Shown here: in pieces, positions 36,544 to 49,399 of the stretch
How positions within the stretch are numbered: position 1 is the stretch's first letter
How the letters are laid out: each line of letters starts with the position of its first letter
Origin: Macrostomum lignano
Taxonomy: Eukaryota
Assembly: GCA_002269645.1 (NCBI GenBank)
Contig: NIVC01002121.1
Coordinates: forward strand, 62,001-126,000
Direction of reading: 5' to 3'
Length of the DNA: 64,000 nt
Translations under genes and position numbers: made by a program
The notes under the pieces: generated by a model
What the model was told of the DNA's origin: nothing
Seen by the model: only the letters and a program-made list of their open reading frames with translations
The model's database searches: none

Positions 36544-37173
36544 TATACTCAGCAACAGTCAACAGTCGAAAGTTCCACCCTCCAAGCGAGACGAAAATTT
36601 TCTCACTTATTGCGACAACTTCTCACTCATCACAATTCAACCCTCGAGTTACGCAACTATAAGCAGCCGCGAGGAAAGGAAATTTGATCGAATCTAACGT
36701 CAGTCGCACAAAATCATAAGTTTTTATGCAATATAAGCAGTTAGAATTGCGATGCTTAATAACGCGTGTGGGATCCCCTCGCACGCAGAAGTGCGGCGAC
36801 TCTGCGGGGCATCCTCAGGATGAGGCGGCGCAGAAAGTCCTGGGGAAGCTGCTGCCAAGCGGTTTCAATGGCATGACGCAGCTCCGCAACATTCTGTGGT
36901 GGATTCTCTTTTCGAATGCTGCGTTTTAGAAAGTCCCACGAGACATGCTCGATGGGATTCATGTCTGGGGACCGGGAAGGCCAGCGCAGAGTGCTCAGCT
37001 GTAGCTGTTCTTTTAGTTGACTAACAGCATCGGCTCGGTGTGGTGGCGCGTTATTGTTATCCTGGTCAACTCAAGTAGCAATAAGACTCGCGCGTGCCGT
37101 AAGTTGCGTCACTCGAAAAGTGAGGAAATTCATCTCGCTTAGAGAGTGGAACTTTTGACTGTTGCTGAGTATA
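36544..37173 (-). mobile_element. Internally deleted Tc1-like transposon retaining the transposase C-terminus
   Basis: TIRs TATACTCAGCAACAGTC...AAAGTTCCAC at both ends in a TA context. Minus strand encodes QDN(NN)APPH...WPSRSPDMNPIEH...MPRRVAALLRARGSHTRY (DD34E-like with a 6-nt insertion). Confidence 0.9.
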
Positions 37174-38034
37174 CTTGCCCACCTTGCAGACAAGTGTTTT
37201 GCACTATATAGTTGAGAAATTCATGTTTCTGAACAGTAGCATGATCCTTGGGATATATTAATCGAATTGATCAAATTTATCGTGTTCATCAAGCTCGTAG
37301 AATGATCGGATAAAATAGGAATTGAACCAATTAATTTATTCATACAAGTTCTTTATATATTGTGGGTATTCGTATGTCCATCGTCCCAAAATTAATGTAA
37401 AATCTGAATTTTTGAATTGAACGTAGGACTGCCATATTAATAGCCAAAATCCTGTCCTGCCTTGCCTATTGTGATGAGGACGCACTTTTTCCCAAATCCC
37501 GCGCTAGCACATGGGCTCTAAACTTACTTGCCTACTGACAGTGGGCAATGGGCATTTTTATCCTTTTTCTGCGAATTTTCATAGAATCTATACTAGATAT
37601 AATGTCTGGTCATACTAGTAGTCATAATAACATAGGCGCAGCTTTTTGGGTCATAAATCATCGCTTTCAAAGTTGGTCTGACAGCCACCTGCGCCTCACT
37701 CAGTGTTGAAGCGGGCGCCAGATGGTCTGAGAGGATGCGGGCGGTAGCTTTTTTCTCATCATTTTGACAGGCCATCAAGATTTATGAGGTCAGAGCCTAT
37801 TGTTTGTGTTCACTCAAGCGTGTGACAGCTTTGACAGCTATGCGTTTTACCCCTAAAAGTACCTTGGGATTAGCGATTAGCAATTTCTCTTCATTATCTT
37901 CACTTTCTATTTAATAAGAGCTTTCTAATGTATATTTTTTCATTAATTTCTGTCAATCCTACGCGAAAAGTCATAAATCATTTTGTTGCGATTTTGAGTG
38001 ATTTATGGCCGCACCTGTCATCTTTTTACGACCC

Positions 38035-38680
38035 TGTTGTAACTGATAGGATCTCTCGGTCACGTGATTCTGGGTAGCAACAAGCTTAGCCAATCAGAAA
38101 ATTCGGCGCTCATTTTAACAAAACGGCTCAGCCAATCAGAATCGACGTGTTCCATTATAACAAACTGCGGTCCAGTTGGCGGCTATTTAAACCGGAGTTC
38201 AGACTCAGACTCAACTTTGGCTCGGGCCCAGCGCGCAACTTCTGGTTCCCGGAGCACGACCGTCGTTTCTTGATCCCCGGATTGCGACTTCCCCCCATCA
38301 TCATCAAGGACGAGTCCCCCGGTCATCAGCAGCGAACATCAAGTTAAGATCATCACCTGCTAGCTAACAGCGAAGAGTGTGACAGCATCATCTCGAGTCT
38401 ACAGCTGCAGAGCATCGAGCCGATTTGGTCACTGTGGATTACCTGGTCTCCGGCTGTTGAGTTTCTGATTGGTTGGGTGAGAGGCTACCTAGACTTGCTT
38501 GATTGGGTGATCCCTTATCTGTCCCCTGTTGCAGTAGCTGAATTAGGCGCACACATTTGCTCATTTTGTTCAGTAGTGCTGTTGCTGAGGCAGAAATCAT
38601 TCAATAATACTGCTAGTAGTCTAAGACTCCAATTCAATCTGAAGTGTGAAGTGAACTAAGGAGAAGGTTAAATCTAACAG
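38035..38680 (+). mobile_element. LTR-like segment (boundaries uncertain)
   Basis: Two AGCCAATCAGAA boxes and TATTTAAA in an LTR-like layout. No target-site duplication found. Confidence 0.3.
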
Positions 38681-39225
38681 TTATTTTTATCGGTTTTATT
38701 TCTTTGTTCGCCGATGGCTCAGATGAGTAGCTAAGCTAGTAGGCGCCGGTCACAGTGGACCAATGGCAAGGCAGTTCTCAGTCGACCAATCTATCAAATC
38801 AGTGAGCAAAACTGCCAGAAGTGCAGAATCGGCGCCAGAGATGTACTTTGTGCACTCTAGGGTAGCCAAGCGGCTCGGGTAAAGTATCATGCGGTCTCTG
38901 AAGTTCGAGTTAGTCTATCATCAGCGCTATGAGAGGCTAGTTGGCGCGTTGAAGGCCAAAAGTACAATTCCTCGTATTTAGCAATGTAATAGTACATGTA
39001 GCTACCCCATAGACTCGCCACCGCAAGAATCCCCTGCACAAGTCCCCTCTGTACCTGCATGGCCAATGCGATCTAGTCCCAGCAGTGTCCCTTATCATCG
39101 GCTATGACTTCGAGATTGACAGCAAAAAGACACTAGTTGGCAGGTAAGTGCAAAGCCCCTTCTAGTCGGAAGCCCGATTTCGAGATGTCATTTGTAGTGA
39201 AATCAATAGATTCATCTCTAATAAA

Positions 39226-39752
39226 ATGACGAACAAACCGAGTTTTGCTTCTGATAAGGATGTGTTAAAAACTTGCCCGACCATGGTCTTGCCTTTCTAT
39301 GGCAACTGCTCTAACCTGTTGAAGAAGAAAATTGAGAAAAGCTTCCGTAAATTCTTTAACAAGCCTATTAAGATTGTTTTTTCCGCACTGCTAAGGTCGG
39401 CCAATACGTTAGTAGACTGAAATCCCATGTTCCTCTTGCTCTGGCGGCAGGTGTTGTGTATAAGTTCTCTTGTTCTGTTGACCAGAACATTACCTATATA
39501 GGTAAAACTAAAAGGCACCTGTACACCAGAGTCAGAGAGCATTGGTTGAAAAGGTCGGCTATCCAAGACCACCTGCTCAGTTGCAACAGTTGTTGCGAAA
39601 TTGAGCAAACTCAGCAGTTTAAAATTATTGATCGGTGTAGAACTGATTTTAGGCTCAACATACTTGAATCCATGTACATTAAAGACCAAAAACCTAATCT
39701 GAATATTCAGCTCTCCCATAGTGGTGCGGGCCATTTGCTCAAGGTATTCTAA
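39226..39752 (+). mobile_element. Penelope-like element 3' fragment with GIY-YIG endonuclease
   Basis: LPFYGNCS...KIVF, then after a frameshift SHVP...GVVYKFSC...YIGKTKRHL...EH...ILESMYIK..KPNLN. Confidence 0.9.
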
Positions 39753-39773
39753 GTAAAGGCACAAGTCTGAACA

Positions 39774-40720
39774 ATGTACTTGCAATCTATCGACGCGCAT
39801 AGTAAGTGGCCGGAGGTGCAGCAGCTGACCAGCACGACGTCAGGCGCGACCATCAACTGCCTTCGGGAGATCTTCGCGCGCCAGGGTCTACCGCGGACTC
39901 TGGTGTCTGACAACGGAGCTCAGTTCACGTCATCCGAATTCAGCGAGTTCCTGCGTCTCAACGGCATCGAGCATGTGACTTCAGCTCCGTTTCATCCTGC
40001 GACCAACGGGCAAGCCAAACGGTTCGTCAAGGTGCTGAAGCAGCACCTAAAGAAATTGGGACTGTCTGAGAGAGCTCTGCAGCAGCTCCTACTCGCCTAT
40101 CGCAACACGCCGCATTCGGCCACAGGCGCAGCTCCCAGCCAGCTGCTCTACGGGCGCCGACTGCGATCTCGGCTGGACCTGCTGACGACTTCTGACGCCA
40201 TCGCTCGTCAGCAACCGTCACCGGCAGCAGGAGGCAGCGCTCCAGCAGTCGCCAAGGCTGGCCAGGACGTTTCGACCCGGAGACCGAGTGCTGCTGCGTG
40301 ACTACGGCAGCCACGCGAGCAGCCGCTGGCAAGAGGGCACCCTCGAGTCGGCCGGGGCCCGGAACTGCACGGTGAGCGCAGGCGGCTCTCTGACACGGCG
40401 GCACGCCGACCAGCTGCTGTCACTGCCGACTCGCAGCTCGGAGCCAACGGTGCACCTGCCGGCCGCAGCCACTGCCGAGACCGCCGTTCCCGACCTGCCA
40501 GCGGCCCACCAGGACGGCTCTTCTGACGGACCCCTGGCGCCCGGCCCCGGGCCTGGCGATGGCATTGTGAAGCCTGCGGCGGGCTCGCCGGCCCGGCGGT
40601 ACCCCGAGCGAGCCAGGGTACCTTCTGACCGACTTCGACTCGGCTGAGCACCAGCCTGAGGGGGGAGATGTCCTTGGCCTGGGCTGCGGACCCTCCGCAG
40701 CAGGGCCAGTATGCGTTCTC
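39774..40720 (+). mobile_element. Gypsy Mag-clade integrase fragment with PPT and start of 3' LTR
   Basis: IDAHSKWPEV, LVSDNGAQFTS, FHPATNGQA, YRNTPHSATG, RRHADQL, RYPERAR; GAGGGGGGAGA then TGT at 40669. Confidence 0.9.
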
Positions 40721-41125
40721 CCACTGACTAAGCAGCACCGATTCATAGAATTCTAGATATCTATCTGGAAGTGAAGCCTTTTTGGAGGGGCGTACACAAC
40801 CGGGCCGAATGAAAATTTTCCACCCCACAGAGCAGTGGGCCAATCCTACTGAAAGCAATGTGTTATACGTAATAAATTCATTTAGTTTTTTATACAATTG
40901 ACAAAATATAAACAAAAAATAACAATTATTCATTAATTTTTAGTCCGTAGGTGTAAGTATCTCTCATCAGAGACACCAGAGGTAACTGACAACGGGCTAG
41001 ATATCACTATTAGCCGCCTTATTGAAGGTAAAATCAGCACCTCATGTTCTAACAAAGCCTTATACGAGCTAGCATGTTGTTCTTGTAGACTTAAGAACCA
41101 TTGCAAGCACAATCAAATCAGGTGA

Positions 41126-42650
41126 TTACCGTAGAGACGACTTGTTTATCGCGCAGGACAGCTTCAGCTGCTCCACGATAAACTGAACTCTTTGACAAAG
41201 CGGCTCGGTGAATTCCAGCTCACATTCTTCTATCCATCGCTGGTGGCAGGCAACAGCGTCTTCAATTAATTGCGTTCTTTCGCTGCTGCTGCTGCTTTGT
41301 GTTGCCAACGACTTTATTTGGGCCAGTATGTTCTGAACCTGGGAAAAGAGGCGGACCTTGCCACCATCCAAGAATTGTTGCAGTCTTTTTTGGGGCAGTG
41401 GAAGCCCATTCACGCTCGCGGCTACTGTCCTGTCAACGTGAACCTGTAGGGAGCAAAGCAGCATAGGCACGGTTCCGTATTTGACGTGAACAATGCAGAA
41501 TGTAGTGATTTCGGCACTAGTCACGACAGAAAAATCGGCAGGAATTCTGTTGCATTGTAGTTATAAGCTTGAACGTCAGCGATCGAGGCAATTTGATCTT
41601 GAGCCAGAAACTCGGTGGCCGCATTTTCCAATCGCTCTTGCTCGTTCTGGTGCTTCTGCTCCGCTGTAGCATTCTCTGTTCGCGATCGCACTGCTACCGG
41701 TTGCAGTCTTTCAGGTAGTTGGTTGAATTGTGTCGGAACAGCATTTTTTCAGCCTCGGCTTGCTCAGAGTCTCGCTGCTCATCTTGCGCTTTCGTCGAGG
41801 ATTCGAGTCCTGAGAAGCAGTCACAAAGTCGCTATCAAAAAGTGCAGGAAAAATAACCGTGACTTTTCAGTAGGACAATAGTCTTCTCTTCGAATCCGTC
41901 GCAGCCATTCTTGCAGAAAAGTTTCACTGTGCAAAGGAAATTCATGGAATGAAATTTTCGCAGTGGGCTCGGCAGAAGTCTCGGCAGAAGTCTCGGCAGA
42001 AGTCTCGATAGAATTCTCGGCAGAAGTCTCGGTAGAAATCTCGATAGAATTCTCGGCAGAAGTCTCGGTAGAAATCTCGATAGAAGTCTCGGCAGAAGTC
42101 TCGGCAGAAGTCTCGGTAGAAGTTTCGGCAGAAGTTTCGGCAGAAGTCTCGGCAGAAGTCGCGGCAGAAGTCTCGGCAGAAGAGGTCTCGGCAGAAGTCT
42201 CGGTAGAAGTCTCTGCAGAAGTCTCGGTAGAAGTTTCGGCAGAAGTCTCGGCAGAAGTCTCTGCAGAAGTCTCGGTAGAAGTCTCGGCAGAAGTCTCGGT
42301 AGAAGTCTCTGCAGAAGTCTCGGTAGAAGTTTCGGCAGAAGTCTCGGCAGAAGTCTCGGCAGAAGTCTCGGTAGAAGTTTCGGCAGAAGTCTCGGCAGAA
42401 GTCTCGGCAGAAGTCTCGGCAGAAGAGGTCTCGGCAGAAGTCTCGGTAGAAGTCTCGGCAGAAGTCTCGGTAGAAGTTTCGGCAGAAGTTTCGGCAGAAG
42501 TCTCGGCAGAAGTTTCGGCAGAAGTCTCGGCAGAAGTCTCGGTCGAAGTGCAATATGGAAGCAGGCCGTTTAGAAACCATGCTAGGGATCTTATACAAAA
42601 AGATAGAGCCCAAGCACACGAAACAACTGTACATTTTACTGGGACCATGT
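41126..42650 (-). pseudogene. THAP-domain, P-element-like transposase N-terminal part, frameshifted and truncated
   Basis: LPYC...KISFHEFP...QEWLRRIRR...HF..SDF...RLK.AVPTQF (THAP signature across homopolymer frameshifts), then FSQVQNILAQIK and VQFIVEQLKL, as in THAP9/P-like proteins. Confidence 0.7.
41968..42545. repeat. 12-bp minisatellite (CAGAAGTCTCGG), about 48 copies, inside the THAP domain
   Basis: Tandem array with occasional 15-bp variants; reads (ETSA)n on the minus strand. Confidence 0.95.
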
Positions 42651-42964
42651 AGTCATCCCATATGAGGCAAGTCCTGGCTAAAGAGAGTATAAAAACTCAA
42701 AGGCCATTGCGTGCATTTCTGCCCCCCCCCACCAAAAGAAGTGTGGAAGAGGGATTTGCACATAGATAAACATGGCAGTGGGGGAAGTGAGTCAAGTGAC
42801 AATTTTTACGAGCGGTTCTCGGCGAACAAAGACAGCCCCAACCCCTTAAGAAGTTGTAACGAAAAAAAGGGGGTGCTTTTGAAGTGAGCACTAGTTTAGT
42901 GTTAGGTGCCCCCTTTGTCAGCTGTGCCCTGCGCCCTCCTGAGCTGTTGGCTGCCGCTGGCCGC

Positions 42965-43060
42965 AGCTCTCCCTCCCTCTCTCTCCCTCTCCCTCTCCCT
43001 CTCCCTCCCTCTCTCTCTCCTCTCTCTCTCCCTCTCCCACTCCTCTCTCTCCCTCTCCCT
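42965..43060. repeat. CT-rich microsatellite
   Basis: (CT)n/(CTCC)n run. Confidence 0.9.
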
Positions 43061-43960
43061 CCCTCGTTGTCCTTTTGTCTGCCTGCGCTCCCTTTTGTCC
43101 CCCCCTTTTTCCGGTTCGTTTGCGTTCCCAGCGTCTGAGCTTCTCCGCTCAGCCTGTCCTTGTTTCTTTCTTTGTCTGTCTCCATCCCCCCCTTTTTGTG
43201 TGGCTGCGTTCTCTTGGCTCGAGTCCAGCCCGTTCTGGCTGTACTCTCTCTGTCTGGCCGTACGGGAGCGGATCACGTGCCCCGGCGCTCTGTCCTTTTC
43301 TTGCGCTGCCTTGTGCAATCTCGGGTGTCAGGCTCTAAATTAGGAATGGCGTCCTTGCCTCTCAAATTGAGGGTTCCGCGCCTGTTTCTAAAAATAGAAC
43401 TGAATCACGCCAGATTGGGGGCAGTGAGAGCGGCCTTGCGCACTCTGGCGCAATGGGGTGTTGCACGGTATGGTGAAATCGATCCGCTACCCTATAAGTA
43501 CGGGCCTCTCGTGCCTCTGTTTGGCAACCGCCCGACCCTCTGTGAAACCTCTCGTTTACCTGTGCGTTAACTCTTCTATTAACTGCTCTCTTGGAAGTCC
43601 AGCGCAGCTTGCGCTAGGCCTTAGAACCTATCTGATTTCTGATCCATCTTCGACTGTGTGTCTTTGAGTGTGTTAAAGCCCAACCGAACTAACAGAGACT
43701 AGCACAGTTCCTCATCCCCGCACTTGAGCCCGGCAGGACCGCTGACGAGGTGTGCACCGGTACGAACTGTCAAATCTGCACGGCGTGCTGAGTTCTCGTG
43801 TCTCGTTTATTTCGCTCAGCCCGGAGTCTCCCTCATCGAAGGACAAGATCCGAGCGGGCTGGTGGCAGCACTACCAACGCTACTAAGAATTGCTAGAAGG
43901 CCTCCTGGGAGAGTCTACCAAGAGCTCAAAGTAGGCAGCTCACGTGACTGACAGGGAAGT

Positions 43961-44533
43961 CAGTGGTGTGATTCAGGCGCGAATTCGCGCCAGGCGCGAA
44001 AATGGCGCGAATGCGCGAATCCTGGGGGTCTGGCGCGAAATTTTGTGGAACCATGGGCGCGAAAATTGCATTCTTATTTTCTGCTTTTTACACTTATTCT
44101 CTTGTCAGACAGTATGAAATACAAGAATGTCATAGCTTAGGAGATTAATCTAACTGCTGCTTCACGAGTTGACGGCGGCCACCAAGAGCAAGGACGCCGA
44201 GATTGAAGAACTGAGGCGTCAGCAGCATAATGTGCAGAAGAAGAAGCAGAAGGAGGCAGAGAAGCTAGCTGAGCTCGTCTTGAAGCGCAAGGCTGCTGAG
44301 CTGCTGTCAACGTCGTCAATCACCAGCAGGAGCAGTCGTCTGCCTGCAGACATCGCCAACAAGAAGTTCAGGCGGGACACGGCTGGGACTTGAGAGACAT
44401 GCTAATTGGTAGCCAGACGCATCTTCAAAAGTGTCATCAATTGACTTATTTGGCTGTCAGTAGAATGTTATTGGCATGGCGCGAAAATTTCCAGTCGGCG
44501 CGAAATTTGGCAAACTTTCCAATCACACCACTG
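43961..44533. mobile_element. Non-autonomous hAT element (573 bp)
   Basis: Perfect 13-bp TIR CAGTGGTGTGATT; 8-bp TSD AGGGAAGT at 43953-43960 and 44534-44541; GGCGCGAAA subterminal motifs at both ends. Confidence 0.92.
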
Positions 44534-44629
44534 AGGGAAGTAGCCGAGACCTACAAATAGTTCACTGGTGGCAGCGGTGGGATTCAAAGACCTACCCGGC
44601 CACCTCGAGACAACCCCGAGAGAGACCTA

Positions 44630-44890
44630 CAAACACTTCACTTTCACAAGGTCGAAATTTCACAACGTCGAAAAGTGATTTATTTCACAAGGTCGAAACT
44701 TCACAAGGTCGAAATTTTACAACATCGAAACCTTTAGCAAAGGACTTCATAAGGTCGAAATTTCACAACGTAGAAAACTCAAATGGCAGCCACTTTCACA
44801 AGGTCGAAAATTTAATATAACAGAACTATACAGTAGTTTTCTACGTTGTGAAATTTCGACCTTGTGAAATTTCGATCTTGTGAAAGAAGG
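44630..44890. repeat. MITE-like block of TTTCACAAGGTCGAAA motifs in direct then inverted orientation
   Basis: Direct copies at 44640-44815, inverted copies at 44840-44885. Confidence 0.55.
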
Positions 44891-44989
44891 TAGGAGTAGG
44901 AGTTCACTTGCAACATACGGACTATCGAATGAATATACTTGCGAGCCTCTCAATGTAGCAAAACAGTCGGGAAATCGGGAAATTTCAAA

Positions 44990-45150
44990 CTCTAACTGTT
45001 CCTTGAGTTTTCGAAGTGAAAACCGGCAAACTTCGGCGGGCTAACGTCGGCGGGCAAAGTTCTCGCGGGCAAACGTCGGCGGGCAAACGTCGGGGGCAAA
45101 GTTCTCGCGGGCAAACGTCGGCGGGCAAAATTCCGGCGGGCAAACGTCGT
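44990..45150. repeat. Short GGCGGGCAAACGTC repeat cluster
   Basis: Several imperfect copies, typical of MITE subterminal arrays. Confidence 0.6.
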
Positions 45151-45169
45151 GCTCCCCTTTCGGTCATCC

Positions 45170-45790
45170 AAAACTGGTGATTTTGTCGGCCATTTGAAGT
45201 CACATGTGCCATGTGCTCTGCGTGCAGGTGTTATCTACAGTTTCAACTGCTCTGGTGATCAGAGCGTCTCCTACGTAGGGAAAACAAAAAGGCACTTGCA
45301 CACCAGAACCAGAGAGCACTGGCTCAAACCATCGGCCATTCAAACCCACCTCTTAGAATGCAATAGCTGCTCCAACAGCATTCCTATGAACGCTTTATAA
45401 TTATCGACCAATGTACATCTGACTATAAACTTAAGATTCTTGAGGCCATGCACATAAAAGCTTTTTCCCCCAACCTCAACACTCAACTCCAACATAGTGG
45501 CGCGGGCCATGTTCTCCGTGTTTTTTAAGTTGTGAGAGAACGCCGACTACGGACTGCACTGCTCTGTCAAAATTTCCGTCCCTGACCTATCGTCTGTCTA
45601 TTGATCTTCGAACAAATTTACTGTACAGCATAATTACTCATCTAATATTTTGCGTCACACAAACATTTATTATCGTCAGTCTCGGTTTTTTTCGTTCTAA
45701 TAAAATAAACCTGAAGATGCACCACGGAGTGCGAAACGCGTCGACTCAAAAATAAAATGTTGATTGTTGGTTTCAAATGTAATATTTATA
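45170..45790 (+). mobile_element. Second Penelope-like 3' fragment (GIY-YIG plus 3' pseudo-LTR region)
   Basis: KSHVPCALRAGVIYSFNC...YVGKTKRHLHTRTREH...ILEAMHIK..PNLNTQLQHSGAGHVLRVF, a diverged relative of the copy at 39226. Confidence 0.9.
45710..45743 (+). ncRNA. Minimal type I hammerhead ribozyme motif of the Penelope element
   Basis: CTGAAGA-T-GCAC(CACGGA)GTGC-GAAA-CGCG-TC: core boxes, 4-bp helix II and palindromic ACGCGT helix III. Helix I pairing is weak. Confidence 0.7.
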
Positions 45791-46579
45791 TGAAAAATCA
45801 AGGACTACTAACTGTCTATTATATCTTGACAAGAAGCTAAAAAAGACATTTACACTCAATATTTTGTTTAATTAAAAAACTACAATTGTTTAAATATGAT
45901 TTTGGCTTTTGGAACGCGTAGTTAGTAGTTAATATAAATTTGATGATGACACGTATACTCACCTTTTTTACAGACCTTGCCTTGAGTTGAATATGTTGTC
46001 ATTCCAAAGCTAATAATGGTGATGGTTAATTTTTTAGTAGTAACTTTTTTGGGGTTTTAGTAGGTCGCATTTCAGCATGTGAGGACATTTTTAAAGTCTT
46101 TAAATTCAGAAGTCCTCAATTTTAAATTGCATAAAAAGTTAAAACTTTTTTGTATCACTAAAGTAGAACATCCATAAAAATGAAGAAAGTTAGAAATTAG
46201 GCCCTAATTACTATGCACTTATGTAGTTGTGATCTTATCCTATATAGCTAATATATAATATATCTAGGATCAATAGGTCTATCAAGGTTTGCTTATAATG
46301 CTATAATACATTGCATGCTTGCTAATGCTATGCTAGAGCTAGAGCATCCTTATGGCCATGCCCATGTGCATGCTTGACTAATTTTTAGATTTATTTTAGT
46401 TTCAATAGTCAAAGATTAATCATGCCTCATGTGCAGTCCTATAATGAAAGCCAACAAACAAAATCTAGATTCTTTAAGTTACATAATGATGATGTGAATG
46501 GTTTGCTTATTATTATGAAAGTCAATGTTATTTTTTTACTAGTTAGGCCTATTAGATATATATATATATATAGTCTGTA

Positions 46580-48235
46580 GGTTGCTAGTGTAAAAACTAA
46601 ATTGCGGAAATAGATGCAGATATGAAATGGATATCCTTTGTCCTTTGGATATCCATTAAAATGCAGATATAGATATGGATTACTATTTGTGGAATCAATA
46701 CGGATAGGGCCTAAAAATGGCAGATGCAGAAAATCTTCAGATTTAGTTGTTATAACATGGATTTATATTCTGCTTTATTTATATTTCTGTTTAGCCTTAT
46801 TTTTAGATAAATTGTTCTCGTTTAAATCTATTGTGAAATAATGATGGAAAATCATTTTCCTTGTTTTCAAAAGTAAAGCTGCTCCAAGATACGCTACTGA
46901 TAGTAAAAAATAAGAAATTTGATTAGGTTTGAAGTTATTTTTGTCACTAGATATTATATATAACATATGTACTTCTAGAGACCATAAGTTTATAAAGTTT
47001 AAGTTTAGATTCTAAATAATTCAACTAGATAGTTAAAGTCTAGATTGACTAGTTTCTTGTTTTCAAGTACCTATGCCAATTGCATAAAGTACATGTAAAT
47101 CTTTTGATGATTTCTTCATTGTGATTTGTCATTTGAAAATGGAGACAACAATTTTGTCATTATTCTCAATAAATTTAAATAAGAAAAATTTATCTAAAAA
47201 TTAAATAGAACTAAATAAAAGCAGAATATAAATCAATGTTTTGACAGAAGTAACTCTGGAGATTTTCTGCATTTGCTTTTTATTGTTATAGGCATGTTTC
47301 CTCTTACTGAAATTATCCCACCGTTATGTCACCAAGCTGTGCTAGGGCTAACTTCCTACGCTAATCTTTAAGTTTTCTTGTTGAGTTGGTAGCTGCCACC
47401 AAGATTATCCTATTAATAAATTATGAGTTTATCAATCTTAGAATAATCCAAGAAACATTTCTTAGAATTGATCTAAGTATATATCTTAGTATTTAGTCTA
47501 ATTATTTAGTCTGAGTATTTAGTCTGAATATTATTCTTGGAAACTATTAGCCCTTATAAGTATTATTCCTCTGTTATTCTGGTAGCGTTTATTCTGATTC
47601 CGGTAGCATTCACTGTACTTTTGGCCTGAGTGGTCTATTGGCTATACTGGTATATGTATTCCATGTACTTTGCAAGTCCTTGGGCATTATCGAGATCAGA
47701 GGGTCACAGCCTCTGGTTATTCTTACGCGTATCACTTCAGATATACTTTGTATTCTCTTACAACTCAATACTGCTGCTTCTCAATAGTATTTACTGTATA
47801 CGCTTCAGTCTATTTCACTCTTACTTCATAAAAGGAATTAACACAGAAAGCACTTCTTCAATTCTTATTTTCTCAGAACTCTTACTATTCGCTATCAATC
47901 ATTTATTGTAGAACTGCAATGCGCGAGGTTGATTCTTCCTCCACCAAAATTGCTTTTATTTATACTAAAATTCTTATACGTTTTTAACAAAAATCCATTA
48001 GCGTGAAATATTATAGAAAATACGAGTATTAAAACAAAATGCGTTTCTTAGTTTTGGCATAAATTCCAATTAGACTAAGCGGTACCTATTTTATAGAGAA
48101 ATCAGGAGGGGCCCTGTACATTATATCCATATTGATTCCACAAAATAGTAATCTGCATTCGTATCCACATTTTATTATGCGAATCCATTCTGTATCTGCA
48201 TCCATTTCCATAGTTTAGTTGGTACCGGTTGCTAG
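46580..48235. mobile_element. Old element with degenerate inverted ends (about 46580-46710 and 48110-48235)
   Basis: GGAAATAGATGCAGATA...GATTACTATTTGTGGAATCAATACGGATA is matched in reverse complement about 1.5 kb downstream. Confidence 0.5.
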
Positions 48236-49094
48236 ATTAACCTTTTTTGGCCATATATAAGATAATTGCCTTATAGGCTCTAGACCAATTCACCCACAAA
48301 GTTTAATTGACTATCCTAACTATAGTATAGAAAGAGATGTAGTATATTTAGATTGTTTGTTAAATTATTTTTTCATTTAAATTTGATTCCTTTCTATTTT
48401 TAGAGTCCAAAAATATAAAGTGTCAAAGGGCAAAGCTTTTCTTTAAGTCCTAATTGTTGCCACCAAAAGTCGTAATGGTGTCTCTATATTCCAAATCTCT
48501 TTATTCCAACAGGTCATTTATTGTTGCAATACAAGGTCATTTATTGTTGCCATATTGGCCTAGATTTAAATGTGAGTACACACTTAAATTTTTTGGCATG
48601 CATTTATAACTATTCAATTTTTGTTCAGGCATACACTTAGCATGATCTAGACTATGGTAGTGTCTATAATAATCTTGAAGACTATCATCAAAGTTGTGCT
48701 AAGGCTATTTCCTTTACTATAGTTTACTATAGTTGTTATTAATAAGCTGTTTAAATGGCTCCTAATGTTCCTATTTCTTATGTACTTTACTAATGTTTCG
48801 TATATATAGATACAAGCTGTTGAAACCCGCGGAATTTGAACCTGGGGAATTCTAATCCCTGGAACTATTTTTGCATGTATTCTGAAATCTAAGCCCATAT
48901 TGAAACAAAAACTTGTTAATAGTTAGTAGAATAGAGGTAAACAAAATGGAGTACATTCGCGTAAAATTAGGATTTAAGGCAAACATTGATATTGTTGGCT
49001 GGGGTGCTTTTTACTTTAAATAGGCAATTAATGTTTGTCTGACTCTAAAACATGTATTGGCAAACTCTGGCCTCTGCCTCTGACTCTCCTTACG

Positions 49095-49383
49095 CATACA
49101 TGCGCAACAGTCGGCCGATCCGGCCGACCGATTTGGCAGCCAATCAAGGAAGTCGCAAAAATGCCCACCCAAAAAATACCAAAGTAGTATTACTAAGTAG
49201 CTGACGAGGCATTTTGAACTAATAAGACAGTCATAGATACTCCTGCCGTTTACCCAAAGTTGCGTTAATTTTGCGTTACGGTTTTTATTACATGTAAGTC
49301 GCATTTTTGGCCAAAAACTACGTCGCATTTTTGTTAAAACTAAGTCGCATGGCCGACCGAATTTTGGAGGTTGCGCATGTATG
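49095..49383. mobile_element. hAT MITE with TIR CATACATGCGCAA
   Basis: 8-bp TSD TCCTTACG at 49087-49094 and 49384-49391. The empty site is visible in the second Helitron-like copy near 53115. Confidence 0.9.
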
Positions 49384-49399
49384 TCCTTACGTCCCTTGG

